A DNA stretch of 64,000 bases from positions 258,974,001 through 259,038,000 of the forward strand of contig OZ024741.1 of assembly GCA_964016885.1 (NCBI GenBank). The letters run 5' to 3'. The position numbers and the translations under genes were made by a program. Origin of the DNA: Eledone cirrhosa (lineage: Eukaryota). This document shows positions 36,941-50,475 of the stretch, piece by piece (position 1 is the first letter of the stretch; each line of letters starts with the position of its first letter). The notes beneath the pieces are model-generated. The model was not told the origin of the DNA and did not search any database. It worked only from the letters and a program-made list of their open reading frames with translations.

Positions 36941-39083
36941 CGTAAGTCGAAACACTCGTAAGCCGAAACACTCGTGAGCCGAAACACTCGTAAGTCGGAA
37001 CACTCGTAAGTCAGAACACTCGTAAGTCAGAACACTCGTAAGTTAGAACACTCGTAAGTCAGAACACTCGTAAGTCAGAACACTCGTAAGTCAGAACACT
37101 CGTAAGTCGAAACAGTCGTATCGAAACACTCGTATGTCAAAACACCAGTAAGTCAAAACACTCGTAAGTCGAAACACTCGTAAGCTGAAACACCGTAAGT
37201 CAAAACACTCGTAAGTCGAAACACTCGTAAGTCGAAACACTCGTAAGTCGAAACACTCGTAAGCCGAAACACTCGTAAGCCGAAACACTCGTAAGTCGGA
37301 ACACTCGTAAGTCAGAACACTCATAAGTCAGAACACTCGTAAGTCAGAACACTCGTAAGTCGAAACACTCGTAAGCCGAAACACCGTAAGTCGAAACACC
37401 CGTATGTCGAAACACTCGTAAGCCGAAACACTCGTAAGTCGAAACACTCGTAAGTAAAAACATTAGTAAGTCGAAACACTCGTAAGCCGAAAGACTCGTA
37501 AGTCGAAACACTCGTAAGCCGAAACACCCGTAAGTCAAAACATTCGTAAGTCAAAATACTCGTAAGTCGAAACACCCGTAAGTCAAAACACTCGTATGTC
37601 GAAACACTCGTAAGCCGAAACAACGTAAGGAAAAACACTCGTAAGTCGAAACACCCGTAAGTCGAAACACTCGTAAGCCGAAACACTCTTAAGTCGAAAC
37701 ACTCATAAGCCGAAACACTCGTAAGTCGGAACACTCGTAAATCAGAACACCCGCAAGTCAGAACACTCGTAAATCAGAACACTCTTAAGTCGAAACTCAC
37801 GTACGCCGAAACACTCGTAAGTCGAAACACTCGTAAGTCGAAACATCCTTAAGTCGAAACACTCGTACACCGAAACACTCGCAAGTATAAACATTAGTAA
37901 GTCGAAACACTCGTATGTCGAAACACTCGTAAACCGAAACACTCGTAAGTCGGAACACTCGTAAGTCAGAACACTCGTAAGTCAGAACACTCGTAAGTCG
38001 AAATACTCATAAGTCGAAACACTCGTAAGTCGAAACACCCGTAAGTCGAAACACCCGTAAGTCGAAACACTCGTATGTCGAATAACTCGTAAGCCGAAAC
38101 ACCGTAAGTCAAAACACTCGTAAGTCGAAACACTCGTAAGTCGAAACACCCATAAGCCGAAACACTCGTAAGCCAAAACATTCGTAAGTCGAAACACTCG
38201 TAAACCGAAACACTCGTAAGCCAAAACATTCGTAAGTCGAAACACTCGTAAGTCGAAACACCCATAGCCGAAACACTCGTAAGTCTGAACACACGTAAGT
38301 CAGAACAGCCGTAAGTCAGAACACTCGTAAGTCAGAACACTCGTAAGTCAGAGCACTCGTATCGAAACACTCGTATGTCAAAACACCCGTAAGTCAAAAC
38401 ACTCGTAAGTCGAAACACTCGTAAGCCGAAACACCGTAAGCCAAAACACTCGTAAGTCGAAACACCCGTAAGTCGGAACACTCGTAAGTCGAAACACTCG
38501 TAAGTCGAAACACTCGTAAGCCGAAATACTCCTAAGCCGAAACACTCGTAAGTCGGAACACTCGTAAGTCGGAACACTCGTAAGTCAGAACACTCGTAAG
38601 TCAGAACACTCGTAAGTCAGAACACTCGTAAGTCAGAACACTCGTAAGTCGAAACACTCGTATCGAAACACTCGTATGTCAAAACACCCGTAAGTCAAAA
38701 CACTCGTAAGTCGAAACACTCGTAAGTCGAAACACTCGTATGTCGAAACATCCGTAAATCAGAACACTCGTAAGTCGAAACACTCGTAAGTCGAAACACT
38801 CGTAAGCCGAAACACTCGTAAGTCGAAGCACTCGTATCGAAACACTCGTAAGTCGAAACACCCTTAAGTCAAAACACTCGTAAGCCAAAACACTCGTAAG
38901 TCGAAACACTCGTAAGTCGGAACACTCGTAAGTCAGAACACTCGTAAGTTAGAACACTCGTAAGTGGAAACACGCGTAAGTCGAAAGACCCGTAAGTCAA
39001 AAATCTCGTAAGTCAAAACACTCGTAAGCCGAAACACTCGTAAGTCGAAACACTCGTAAGTCGAAACATTCGTAAAGCGAAAC

Positions 39084-39153
39084 GTATAAATAAATATTAA
39101 TGTAATGAACTTGAAAAGCATAGATATTTGAAACCGCGTCTATTTGTTATTTT
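39084..39153. repeat. 70-bp cassette copy 14
   Basis: AAATATT/AACTTG allele, 5945 bp after copy 11. Confidence 0.95.
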
Positions 39154-40171
39154 CGTAAGTCGAAACACTCGTAAGTCAGAACACTCGTAAGTCAGAACAC
39201 TCTTAAGTCAGAACACTCGTATCGAAACACACGTATGTCAAAACACCCGTAAGTCAAAACACTCGTAAGTCGAAACACTCGTAAGTCGAAACACTCGTAA
39301 GCCGAAAAAATCGTAAGTCAAAACACTCGTAAGTCGAAACACTCGTAAACCGAAAATACTCGTAAGTCGGAACACCCGTAAGCCGAAACCCTCGTAGGTC
39401 GGAACACTCGTAAGTCGAAACACTCGTAAGTCGAAACACCCGTAAGTCGAAACACTCGTAAGTCGAAACACCCGTAAGTCGAAACATCCGTAAGTCAAAA
39501 CACTCGTATGTCGAAACACTCGTAAGCCGAAACACTCGTAAGTCGGAACACTCGCAAGTCAGAACACTCGTAAGTCAGAACACTCGTAAGTCGAAACACT
39601 CGTAAATCGAAACACTCGTAAGCCGAAACACTCGTAAGCGAAAACATTCGTTAGTCGAAACACTCGTAACCCGAAACACTCGTAAGTCGAAACACTCGAA
39701 AGCCGAAACACTCGTAAGTCGAAACACTCATAAGCCGAAACACTCGTAAGTCGGAACACTCGTAAGTCAGAACACCCGTAAGTCAGAACACTCGTAGTCA
39801 GAACACTCGTAAGTCGAAACACTCGTAAGCCGAAACACTCGCAAGTCCAAGCACTCGTAATCCGAAACACTCTTAAGTCGAAACACTCGTAAGTCGGAAC
39901 ACTCGTAAGTCAGAACACTCGTAAGTCAGAACATTCGTAAGTCGAAACACTCGTAAGCCGAAACATCCGTAAGTCAAAACATCCGTAAGTCAAAACATTC
40001 GTAAGTCGAAACACCAGTAGTCGAAACACTCGCAAGTCGAAACACTCGTAAGTCGAAACACGCGTAAGTCGAAACACATGTAAGTCAAAACATCCGTAAG
40101 TCAAAACACTCGTAAGCCGAAACACTCGTAAGTCGAAACACTCGTAAGTCGAAACACTCGTAAAGCGAAAC

Positions 40172-40241
40172 GTATAAATAAAGATTAATGTAATGAATTT
40201 GAAAAGCATAGAGATTTGAAACCGCGTCTATTTGTTATTTT
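40172..40241. repeat. 70-bp cassette copy 15
   Basis: AATTTG/GAGATT allele. Confidence 0.95.
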
Positions 40242-41986
40242 CGTAAGTCGAAACACTCGTAAGCCGAAACACTCGTGAGCCGAAACACTCGTAAGTCGGA
40301 ACACTCATAAGTCAGAACACTCGTAAGTCAGAACACTCGTAAGTTAGAACACTCGTAAGTCAGAACACTCGTAAGTCAGAACACTCGTAAGTCAGAACAC
40401 TCGTAAGTCGAAACACTCGTATCGAAACACTCGTATGTCAAAACACCAGTAAGTCAAAACACTCGTAAGTCGAAACACTCGTAAGCCGAAACCGCGTAAG
40501 TCGAAACACTCGTAAGTCGAAACACTCGTAAGTCGAAACACTCGTAAGTCGAAACACTCGTAAGCCGAAACACTCGTAAGTCGGAACACTCGTAAGTCAG
40601 AACACTCATAAGTCAGAACACTCGTAAGTCAGAACACTCGTAAGTCGAAACACTCGTATCGAAACACTCTTATGTCAAAACACCAGTAAGTCGAAGCACT
40701 CGTATCGAAACACTCGTATGTTAAAACACCAGTAAGTCAAAACACTCGTAAGTCGAAACACTCGTAAGCCGAAACACCGTAAGTCGAAACACCCGTATGT
40801 CGAAACACTCGTAAGCCGAAACACTCGTAAGTCGAAACACTCGTAGTCGAAACACTCGTACGTCGAAACACCCGTAAGTCGAAACACTCGTAAGTCGAAA
40901 CACTCGTAAGCCGAAACACTCGTAAGTCGAAACACTCATAAGCCGAAACACTCGTAAGTCGAAACACTCGTAAGTCAGAACACTCGTAGTCAGAACACTC
41001 GTAAGTCAAACCACTCGTAAGCCGAAACACTCGTAAGTCGAAACACTCGTAAGTCGAAACACTCGTAAGTCGAAAAACTCGTAAGCCGGAACACTCGTAA
41101 GTCAGAACACTCGTAAGTCAGAACACTCGTAAGTCGAAACACTCGTAAGCCGAAACACCCGTAAGTCGAAACATTCGTAAGTCGAAACACCCGTAAGTCG
41201 AAACACTCGTAAGTCGAAACACTCGTAAGTCGAAACACCGTAAGTCAAAACACTCGTATGTCGAAACATCCGTAAATCAGAACACTCCTAAGTCAAAACA
41301 CTCGTAAGCCGAAACACTCGTAAGTCAAAAATACTCGTAAGTCGAAACACCCTTAAGTAAAAACACTCGTAAGTCGAAACACTCGTAAGCCGAAACACCC
41401 GTCAGTCAAAACACCCGTAAGTCGAAACACTCGTAAGTCAAAACTCTCGTACGCCGAAACACTCGTAAGTAAAAACATTAGTAAGTCGAAACACTCGTAA
41501 GCCGAAACACTCATAAGTCGAAACACTCGTAAGCCGAAACACCCGTAAGTCAAAACATTCGTAAGTCAAAACACTCGTAAGTCGAAACACCCGTAAGTCG
41601 AAACACTCGTATGTCGAAACACTCGTAAGCCGAAACACCGTAAGTAAAAACACTCGTAAGTCGAAACACCCACAAGTCGAAACACTCGTAAGCCGAAACA
41701 CTCGTGAGCCGAAACACTCGTAAGTCGGAAGACTCGTAAGTCAGAACACTCGTAAGTCAGAACACTCGTAAGTCGAAACACTCGTAAGCCGAAACATCCG
41801 TAAGTCAAAACATCCGTAAGTCAAAACATTCGTAAGTCGAAACACCCGTAGTCGAAACACTCGCATGTCGAAACACTCGTAAGTCGAAACACGCGTAAGT
41901 CGAAACACATGTAAGTCAAAACACTCGTAAGTCAAAACACTCGTATGTCGAAACACTCGTAAGTCGAAACATTCGTAAAGCGAAAC

Positions 41987-42056
41987 GTATAAATAAAGAT
42001 TAATGTAATGAATTTGAAAAGCATAGAGATTTGAAACCGCGTCTATTTGTTATTTT
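41987..42056. repeat. 70-bp cassette copy 16
   Basis: AATTTG/GAGATT allele, 5116 bp after copy 13. Confidence 0.95.
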
Positions 42057-44199
42057 CGTAAGTCGAAACACTCGTAAGCCGAAACACTCGTGAGCCGAAA
42101 CACTCGTAAGTCGGAACACTCGTAAGTCAGAACACTCGTAAGTCAGAACACTCGTAAGTTAGAACACTCGTAAGTCAGAACACTCGTAAGTCAGAACACT
42201 CGTAAGTCAGAACACTCGTAAGTCGAAACAGTCGTATCGAAACACTCGTATGTCAAAACACCAGTAAGTCAAAACACTCGTAAGTCGAAACACTCGTAAG
42301 CTGAAACACCGTAAGTCAAAACACTCGTAAGTCGAAACACTCGTAAGTCGAAACACTCGTAAGTCGAAACACTCGTAAGCCGAAACACTCGTAAGCCGAA
42401 ACACTCGTAAGTCGGAACACTCGTAAGTCAGAACACTCATAAGTCAGAACACTCGTAAGTCAGAACACTCGTAAGTCGAAACACTCGTAAGCCGAAACAC
42501 CGTAAGTCGAAACACCCGTATGTCGAAACACTCGTAAGCCGAAACACTCGTAAGTCGAAACACTCGTAAGTAAAAACATTAGTAAGTCGAAACACTCGTA
42601 AGCCGAAAGACTCGTAAGTCGAAACACTCGTAAGCCGAAACACCCGTAAGTCAAAACATTCGTAAGTCAAAATACTCGTAAGTCGAAACACCCGTAAGTC
42701 AAAACACTCGTATGTCGAAACACTCGTAAGCCGAAACAACGTAAGGAAAAACACTCGTAAGTCGAAACACCCATAAGTCGAAACACTCGTAAGCCGAAAC
42801 ACTCTTAAGTCGAAACACTCATAAGCCGAAACACTCGTAAGTCGGAACACTCGTAAATCAGAACACCCGCAAGTCAGAACACTCGTAAATCAGAACACTC
42901 TTAAGTCGAAACTCACGTACGCCGAAACACTCGTAAGTCGAAACACTCGTAAGTCGAAACATCCTTAAGTCGAAACACTCGTACACCGAAACACTCGCAA
43001 GTATAAACATTAGTAAGTCGAAACACTCGTATGTCGAAACACTCGTAAACCGAAACACTCGTAAGTCGGAACACTCGTAAGTCAGAACACTCGTAAGTCA
43101 GAACACTCGTAAGTCGAAATACTCATAAGTCGAAACACTCGTAAGTCGAAACACCCGTAAGTCGAAACACCCGTAAGTCGAAACACTCGTATGTCGAATA
43201 ACTCGTAAGCCGAAACACCGTAAGTCAAAACACTCGTAAGTCGAAACACTCGTAAGTCGAAACACCCATAAGCCGAAACACTCGTAAGCCAAAACATTCG
43301 TAAGTCGAAACACTCGTAAACCGAAACACTCGTAAGCCAAAACATTCGTAAGTCGAAACACTCGTAAGTCGAAACACCCATAGCCGAAACACTCGTAAGT
43401 CTGAACACACGTAAGTCAGAACAGCCGTAAGTCAGAACACTCGTAAGTCAGAACACTCGTAAGTCAGAGCACTCGTATCGAAACACTCGTATGTCAAAAC
43501 ACCCGTAAGTCAAAACACTCGTAAGTCGAAACACTCGTAAGCCGAAACACCGTAAGCCAAAACACTCGTAAGTCGAAACACCCGTAAGTCGGAACACTCG
43601 TAAGTCGAAACACTCGTAAGTCGAAACACTCGTAAGCCGAAATACTCCTAAGCCGAAACACTCGTAAGTCGGAACACTCGTAAGTCGGAACACTCGTAAG
43701 TCAGAACACTCGTAAGTCAGAACACTCGTAAGTCAGAACACTCGTAAGTCAGAACACTCGTAAGTCGAAACACTCGTATCGAAACACTCGTATGTCAAAA
43801 CACCCGTAAGTCAAAACACTCGTAAGTCGAAACACTCGTAAGTCGAAACACTCGTATGTCGAAACATCCGTAAATCAGAACACTCGTAAGTCGAAACACT
43901 CGTAAGTCGAAACACTCGTAAGCCGAAACACTCGTAAGTCGAAGCACTCGTATCGAAACACTCGTAAGTCGAAACACCCTTAAGTCAAAACACTCGTAAG
44001 CCAAAACACTCGTAAGTCGAAACACTCGTAAGTCGGAACACTCGTAAGTCAGAACACTCGTAAGTTAGAACACTCGTAAGTGGAAACACGCGTAAGTCGA
44101 AAGACCCGTAAGTCAAAAATCTCGTAAGTCAAAACACTCGTAAGCCGAAACACTCGTAAGTCGAAACACTCGTAAGTCGAAACATTCGTAAAGCGAAAC

Positions 44200-44269
44200 G
44201 TATAAATAAATATTAATGTAATGAACTTGAAAAGCATAGATATTTGAAACCGCGTCTATTTGTTATTTT
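44200..44269. repeat. 70-bp cassette copy 17
   Basis: AAATATT/AACTTG allele, 5116 bp after copy 14. Confidence 0.95.
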
Positions 44270-45287
44270 CGTAAGTCGAAACACTCGTAAGTCAGAACAC
44301 TCGTAAGTCAGAACACTCTTAAGTCAGAACACTCGTATCGAAACACACGTATGTCAAAACACCCGTAAGTCAAAACACTCGTAAGTCGAAACACTCGTAA
44401 GTCGAAACACTCGTAAGCCGAAAAAATCGTAAGTCAAAACACTCGTAAGTCGAAACACTCGTAAACCGAAAATACTCGTAAGTCGGAACACCCGTAAGCC
44501 GAAACCCTCGTAGGTCGGAACACTCGTAAGTCGAAACACTCGTAAGTCGAAACACCCGTAAGTCGAAACACTCGTAAGTCGAAACACCCGTAAGTCGAAA
44601 CATCCGTAAGTCAAAACACTCGTATGTCGAAACACTCGTAAGCCGAAACACTCGTAAGTCGGAACACTCGCAAGTCAGAACACTCGTAAGTCAGAACACT
44701 CGTAAGTCGAAACACTCGTAAATCGAAACACTCGTAAGCCGAAACACTCGTAAGCGAAAACATTCGTTAGTCGAAACACTCGTAACCCGAAACACTCGTA
44801 AGTCGAAACACTCGAAAGCCGAAACACTCGTAAGTCGAAACACTCATAAGCCGAAACACTCGTAAGTCGGAACACTCGTAAGTCAGAACACCCGTAAGTC
44901 AGAACACTCGTAGTCAGAACACTCGTAAGTCGAAACACTCGTAAGCCGAAACACTCGCAAGTCCAAGCACTCGTAATCCGAAACACTCTTAAGTCGAAAC
45001 ACTCGTAAGTCGGAACACTCGTAAGTCAGAACACTCGTAAGTCAGAACATTCGTAAGTCGAAACACTCGTAAGCCGAAACATCCGTAAGTCAAAACATCC
45101 GTAAGTCAAAACATTCGTAAGTCGAAACACCAGTAGTCGAAACACTCGCAAGTCGAAACACTCGTAAGTCGAAACACGCGTAAGTCGAAACACATGTAAG
45201 TCAAAACATCCGTAAGTCAAAACACTCGTAAGCCGAAACACTCGTAAGTCGAAACACTCGTAAGTCGAAACACTCGTAAAGCGAAAC

Positions 45288-45357
45288 GTATAAATAAAGA
45301 TTAATGTAATGAATTTGAAAAGCATAGAGATTTGAAACCGCGTCTATTTGTTATTTT
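45288..45357. repeat. 70-bp cassette copy 18
   Basis: AATTTG/GAGATT allele, 5116 bp after copy 15. Confidence 0.95.
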
Positions 45358-45649
45358 CGTAAGTCGAAACACTCGTAAGCCGAAACACTCGTGAGCCGAA
45401 ACACTCGTAAGTCGGAACACTCATAAGTCAGAACACTCGTAAGTCAGAACACTCGTAAGTTAGAACACTCGTAAGTCAGAACACTCGTAAGTCAGAACAC
45501 TCGTAAGTCAGAACACTCGTAAGTCGAAACACTCGTATCGAAACACTCGTATGTCAAAACACCAGTAAGTCAAAACACTCGTAAGTCGAAACACTCGTAA
45601 GCCGAAACCGCGTAAGTCGAAACACTCGTAAGTCGAAACACTCGTAAGT

Positions 45650-48600
45650 CGAAACACTCGTAAGTCGAAACACTCGTAAGCCGAAACACTCGTAAGTCGG
45701 AACACTCGTAAGTCAGAACACTCATAAGTCAGAACACTCGTAAGTCAGAACACTCGTAAGTCGAAACACTCGTATCGAAACACTCTTATGTCAAAACACC
45801 AGTAAGTCGAAGCACTCGTATCGAAACACTCGTATGTTAAAACACCAGTAAGTCAAAACACTCGTAAGTCGAAACACTCGTAAGCCGAAACACCGTAAGT
45901 CGAAACACCCGTATGTCGAAACACTCGTAAGCCGAAACACTCGTAAGTCGAAACACTCGTAGTCGAAACACTCGTACGTCGAAACACCCGTAAGTCGAAA
46001 CACTCGTAAGTCGAAACACTCGTAAGCCGAAACACTCGTAAGTCGAAACACTCATAAGCCGAAACACTCGTAAGTCGAAACACTCGTAAGTCAGAACACT
46101 CGTAGTCAGAACACTCGTAAGTCAAACCACTCGTAAGCCGAAACACTCGTAAGTCGAAACACTCGTAAGTCGAAACACTCGTAAGTCGAAAAACTCGTAA
46201 GCCGGAACACTCGTAAGTCAGAACACTCGTAAGTCAGAACACTCGTAAGTCGAAACACTCGTAAGCCGAAACACCCGTAAGTCGAAACATTCGTAAGTCG
46301 AAACACCCGTAAGTCGAAACACTCGTAAGTCGAAACACTCGTAAGTCGAAACACCGTAAGTCAAAACACTCGTATGTCGAAACATCCGTAAATCAGAACA
46401 CTCCTAAGTCAAAACACTCGTAAGTCGAAACACTCGTAAGTCAAAAATACTCGTAAGTCGAAACACCCTTAAGTAAAAACACTCGTAAGTCGAAACACTC
46501 GTAAGCCGAAACACCCGTCAGTCAAAACACCCGTAAGTCGAAACACTCGTAAGTCAAAAGTCTCGTACGCCGAAACACTCGTAAGTAAAAACATTAGTAA
46601 GTCGAAACACTCGTAAGCCGAAACACTCATAAGTCGAAACACTCGTAAGCCGAAACACCCGTAAGTCAAAACATTCGTAAGTCAAAACACTCGTAAGTCG
46701 AAACACCCGTAAGTCGAAACACTCGTATGTCGAAACACTCGTAAGCCGAAACACCGTAAGTAAAAACACTCGTAAGTCGAAACACCCACAAGTCGAAACA
46801 CTCGTAAGCCGAAACACTCGTAAGTCGAAACACTCATAAGCCGAAACACTCGTAAGTCGGAACACTCGTAAATCAGAACACCCGCAAGTCAGAACACTCG
46901 TATCGAAACACTCGTATGTCAAAACACCCGTAAGTCAAAACACTCGTAAGTCGAAACACTCGTAAGCCGAAACACCGTAAGTAAAAAAACTCGTAAGTCG
47001 AAATACTCGTAAGTCGAAACACTCGTAAGCCGAAACAATCGTAATTCAAAACACTCGTAAGTCGAAACACTCGTAAGCCGAAACAATCGTAAGTCGAAAC
47101 ACTCGTAAGCCGAAAATACTCGTAAGTCGGAACACCCGTAAGCCGAAACCCTCGTAGGTCGGAACACTCGTAAGTCGAAACACTCGTAAGTCGAAACACC
47201 CGTAAGTCGGAACACTCGTAAGTCAGAATACTCGTAAGTCAAAACACTCGTAAACCGGAACACCCGTAAGGCAAAACATTCGCAAGTCAAAACACTCGTA
47301 AGTCGAAACACTCGTAAGCCGAAACACTCGTAAGTCGAAACATTCGTAAGTCGAAACACTCGTAAGTCGAAACACTCGTAAGTCAGTGCACCCGTAAGTC
47401 AGAACACTCGTAGTCAGAACACTCGTAAGTCGAAACACTCGTAAGTCGAAACACCCGTAAGTCGAAACATCCGTAAGTCAAAACACTCGTATGTCGAAAC
47501 ACTCGTAAGCCGAAACACTCATAAGTCGAAACACTCGTAAGCCGAAACACCCGTAAGTCAAAACATTCGTAAGTCAAAACACTCGTAAGTCGAAACACCC
47601 GTAAGTCAAAACACTCGTATGTCGAAACACTCGTAAGCCGAAACAACGTAAGTAAAAACACTCGTAAGTCGAAACACCCATAAGTCGAAACACTCGTAAG
47701 CCGAAACACTCGTAAGTCGAAACACTCATAAGCCGAAACACTCGTAAGTCGGAACACTCGTAAATCAGAACACCCGCAAGTCAGAACACTCGTGAATCAG
47801 AACACTCTTAAGTCGAAACTCACGTACGCTGAAACACTCGTAAGTCGAAACACTCGTAAGTCGAAACATCCTTAAGTCGAAACACTCGTACACCGAAACA
47901 CTCGTAAGTATAAACATTAGTAAGTCGAAACACTCGTAAGCCGAAACACTCGTAAGTCGAAACACCCGTAAATCGAAACACCCGTAAGTCAAAACACTCG
48001 TATGTCGAAACACTCGTAAACCGAAACACTCGTAAGCCGAAACACCGTAAGTCGAAACACTCGTAAGTCGAAACACTCGTAAGTCGAAACACTCGTAAGT
48101 CGAAACACTCGTAAGCCGAAACACTCGTAAGTCGAAACACTCGTAAGTCGGAACACTCGTAAGTCAGAACACTCATAAGTCAGAACACTCGTAAGTCAGA
48201 ACACTCGTAAGTCGAAACACTCGTATCGAAACACTCGTATGTCAAAACACCAGTAAGTCGAAGCACTCGTATCGAAACACTCGTATGTTAAAACACCAGT
48301 AAGTCAAAACACTCGTAAGTCGAAACACTCGTAAGCCGAAACACCGTAAGTCGAAACACCCGTATGTCGAAACACTCGTAAGCCGAAACACTCGTAAGTC
48401 GAAACACTCGTAGTCGAAACACTCGTAAGTCGAAACACCCGTAAGTCGAAACACTCGTAAGTCGAAACACTCGTAAGCCGAAACACTCGTAAGTCGAAAC
48501 ACTCATAAGCCGAAACACTCGTAAGTCGAAACACTCGTAAGTCAGAACACTCGTAGTCAGAACACTCGTAAGTCAAACCACTCGTAAGCCGAAACACTCG

Positions 48601-50475
48601 TAAGTCGAAACACTCGTAAGTCGAAACACTCATAAGTCGAAAAACTCGTAAGCCGGAACACTCGTAAGTCAGAACACTCGTAAGTCAGAACACTCGTAAG
48701 TCGAAACACTCGTAAGCCGAAACACCCGTAAGTCGAAACATTCGTAAGTCGAAACACCCGTAAGTCGAAACACTCGTAAGTCGAAACACTCGTAAGTCGA
48801 AACACCGTAAGTCAAAACACTCGTATGTCGAAACATCCGTAAATCAGAACACTCCTAAGTCAAAACACTCGTAAGTCGAAACACTCGTAAGTCAAAAATA
48901 CTCGTAAGTCGAAACACCCTTAAGTAAAAACACTCGTAAGTCGAAACACTCGTAAGCCGAAACACCCGTCAGTCAAAACACCCGTAAGTCGAAACACTCG
49001 TAAGTCAAAAGTCTCGTACGCCGAAACACTCGTAAGTAAAAACATTAGTAAGTCGAAACACTCGTAAGCCGAAACACTCATAAGTCGAAACACTCGTAAG
49101 CCGAAACACCCGTAAGTCAAAACATTCGTAAGTCAAAACACTCGTAAGTCGAAACACCCGTAAGTCGAAACACTCGTATGTCGAAACACTCGTAAGCCGA
49201 AACACCGTAAGTAAAAACACTCGTAAGTCGAAACACCCACAAGTCGAAACACTCGTAAGCCGAAACACTCGTAAGTCGAAACACTCATAAGCCGAAACAC
49301 TCGTAAGTCGGAACACTCGTAAATCAGAACACCCGCAAGTCAGAACACTCGTATCGAAACACTCGTATGTCAAAACACCCGTAAGTCAAAACACTCGTAA
49401 GTCGAAACACTCGTAAGCCGAAACACCGTAAGTAAAAAAACTCGTAAGTCGAAATACTCGTAAGTCGAAACACTCGTAAGCCGAAACAATCGTAATTCAA
49501 AACACTCGTAAGTCGAAACACTCGTAAGCCGAAACAATCGTAAGTCGAAACACTCGTAAGCCGAAAATACTCGTAAGTCGGAACACCCGTAAGCCGAAAC
49601 CCTCGTAGGTCGGAACACTCGTAAGTCGAAACACTCGTAAGTCGAAACACCCGTAAGTCGGAACACTCGTAAGTCAGAAAACTCGTAAGTCAAAACACTC
49701 GTAAACCGGAACACCCGTAAGGCAAAACATTCGCAAGTCAAAACACTCGTAAGTCGAAACACTCGTAAGCCGAAACACTCGTAAGTCGAAACACTCGTCA
49801 GTCGAAACACTCGTAAGTCGAAACACTCGTAAGTCAGTGCACCCGTAAGTCAGAACACTCGTAGTCAGAACACTCGTAAGTCGAAACACTCGTAAGTCGA
49901 AACACCCGTAAGTCGAAACATCCGTAAGTCAAAACACTCGTATGTCGAAACACTCGTAAGCCGAAACACTCATAAGTCGAAACACTCGTAAGCCGAAACA
50001 CCCGTAAGTCAAAACATTCGTAAGTCAAAACACTCGTAAGTCGAAACACCCGTAAGTCAAAACACTCGTATGTCGAAACACTCGTAAGCCGAAACAACGT
50101 AAGTAAAAACACTCGTAAGTCGAAACACCCATAAGTCGAAACACTCGTAAGCCGAAACACTCGTAAGTCGAAACACTCATAAGCCGAAACACTCGTAAGT
50201 CGGAACACTCGTAAATCAGAACACCCGCAAGTCAGAACACTCGTGAATCAGAACACTCTTAAGTCGAAACTCACGTACGCTGAAACACTCGTAAGTCGAA
50301 ACACTCGTAAGTCGAAACATCCTTAAGTCGAAACACTCGTACACCGAAACACTCGTAAGTATAAACATTAGTAAGTCGAAACACTCGTAAGCCGAAACAC
50401 TCGTAAGTCGAAACACCCGTAAATCGAAACACCCGTAAGTCAAAACACTCGTATGTCGAAACACTCGTAAACCGA
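45650..50475. repeat. Tandem duplication, period 2451 bp, pure satellite; boundaries approximate
   Basis: ORF landmark offsets 45791/48242, 46469/48920 and 47765/50216. Confidence 0.88.

Larger units (their letters stand above)
29400..46800. repeat. Higher-order repeat, about 3 copies, periods ~5945 then 5116 bp, each carrying three 70-bp cassettes; boundaries approximate
   Basis: Offsets of 5945 (30926/36871, 33139/39084) and 5116 (36871/41987, 39084/44200, 40172/45288). Confidence 0.9.
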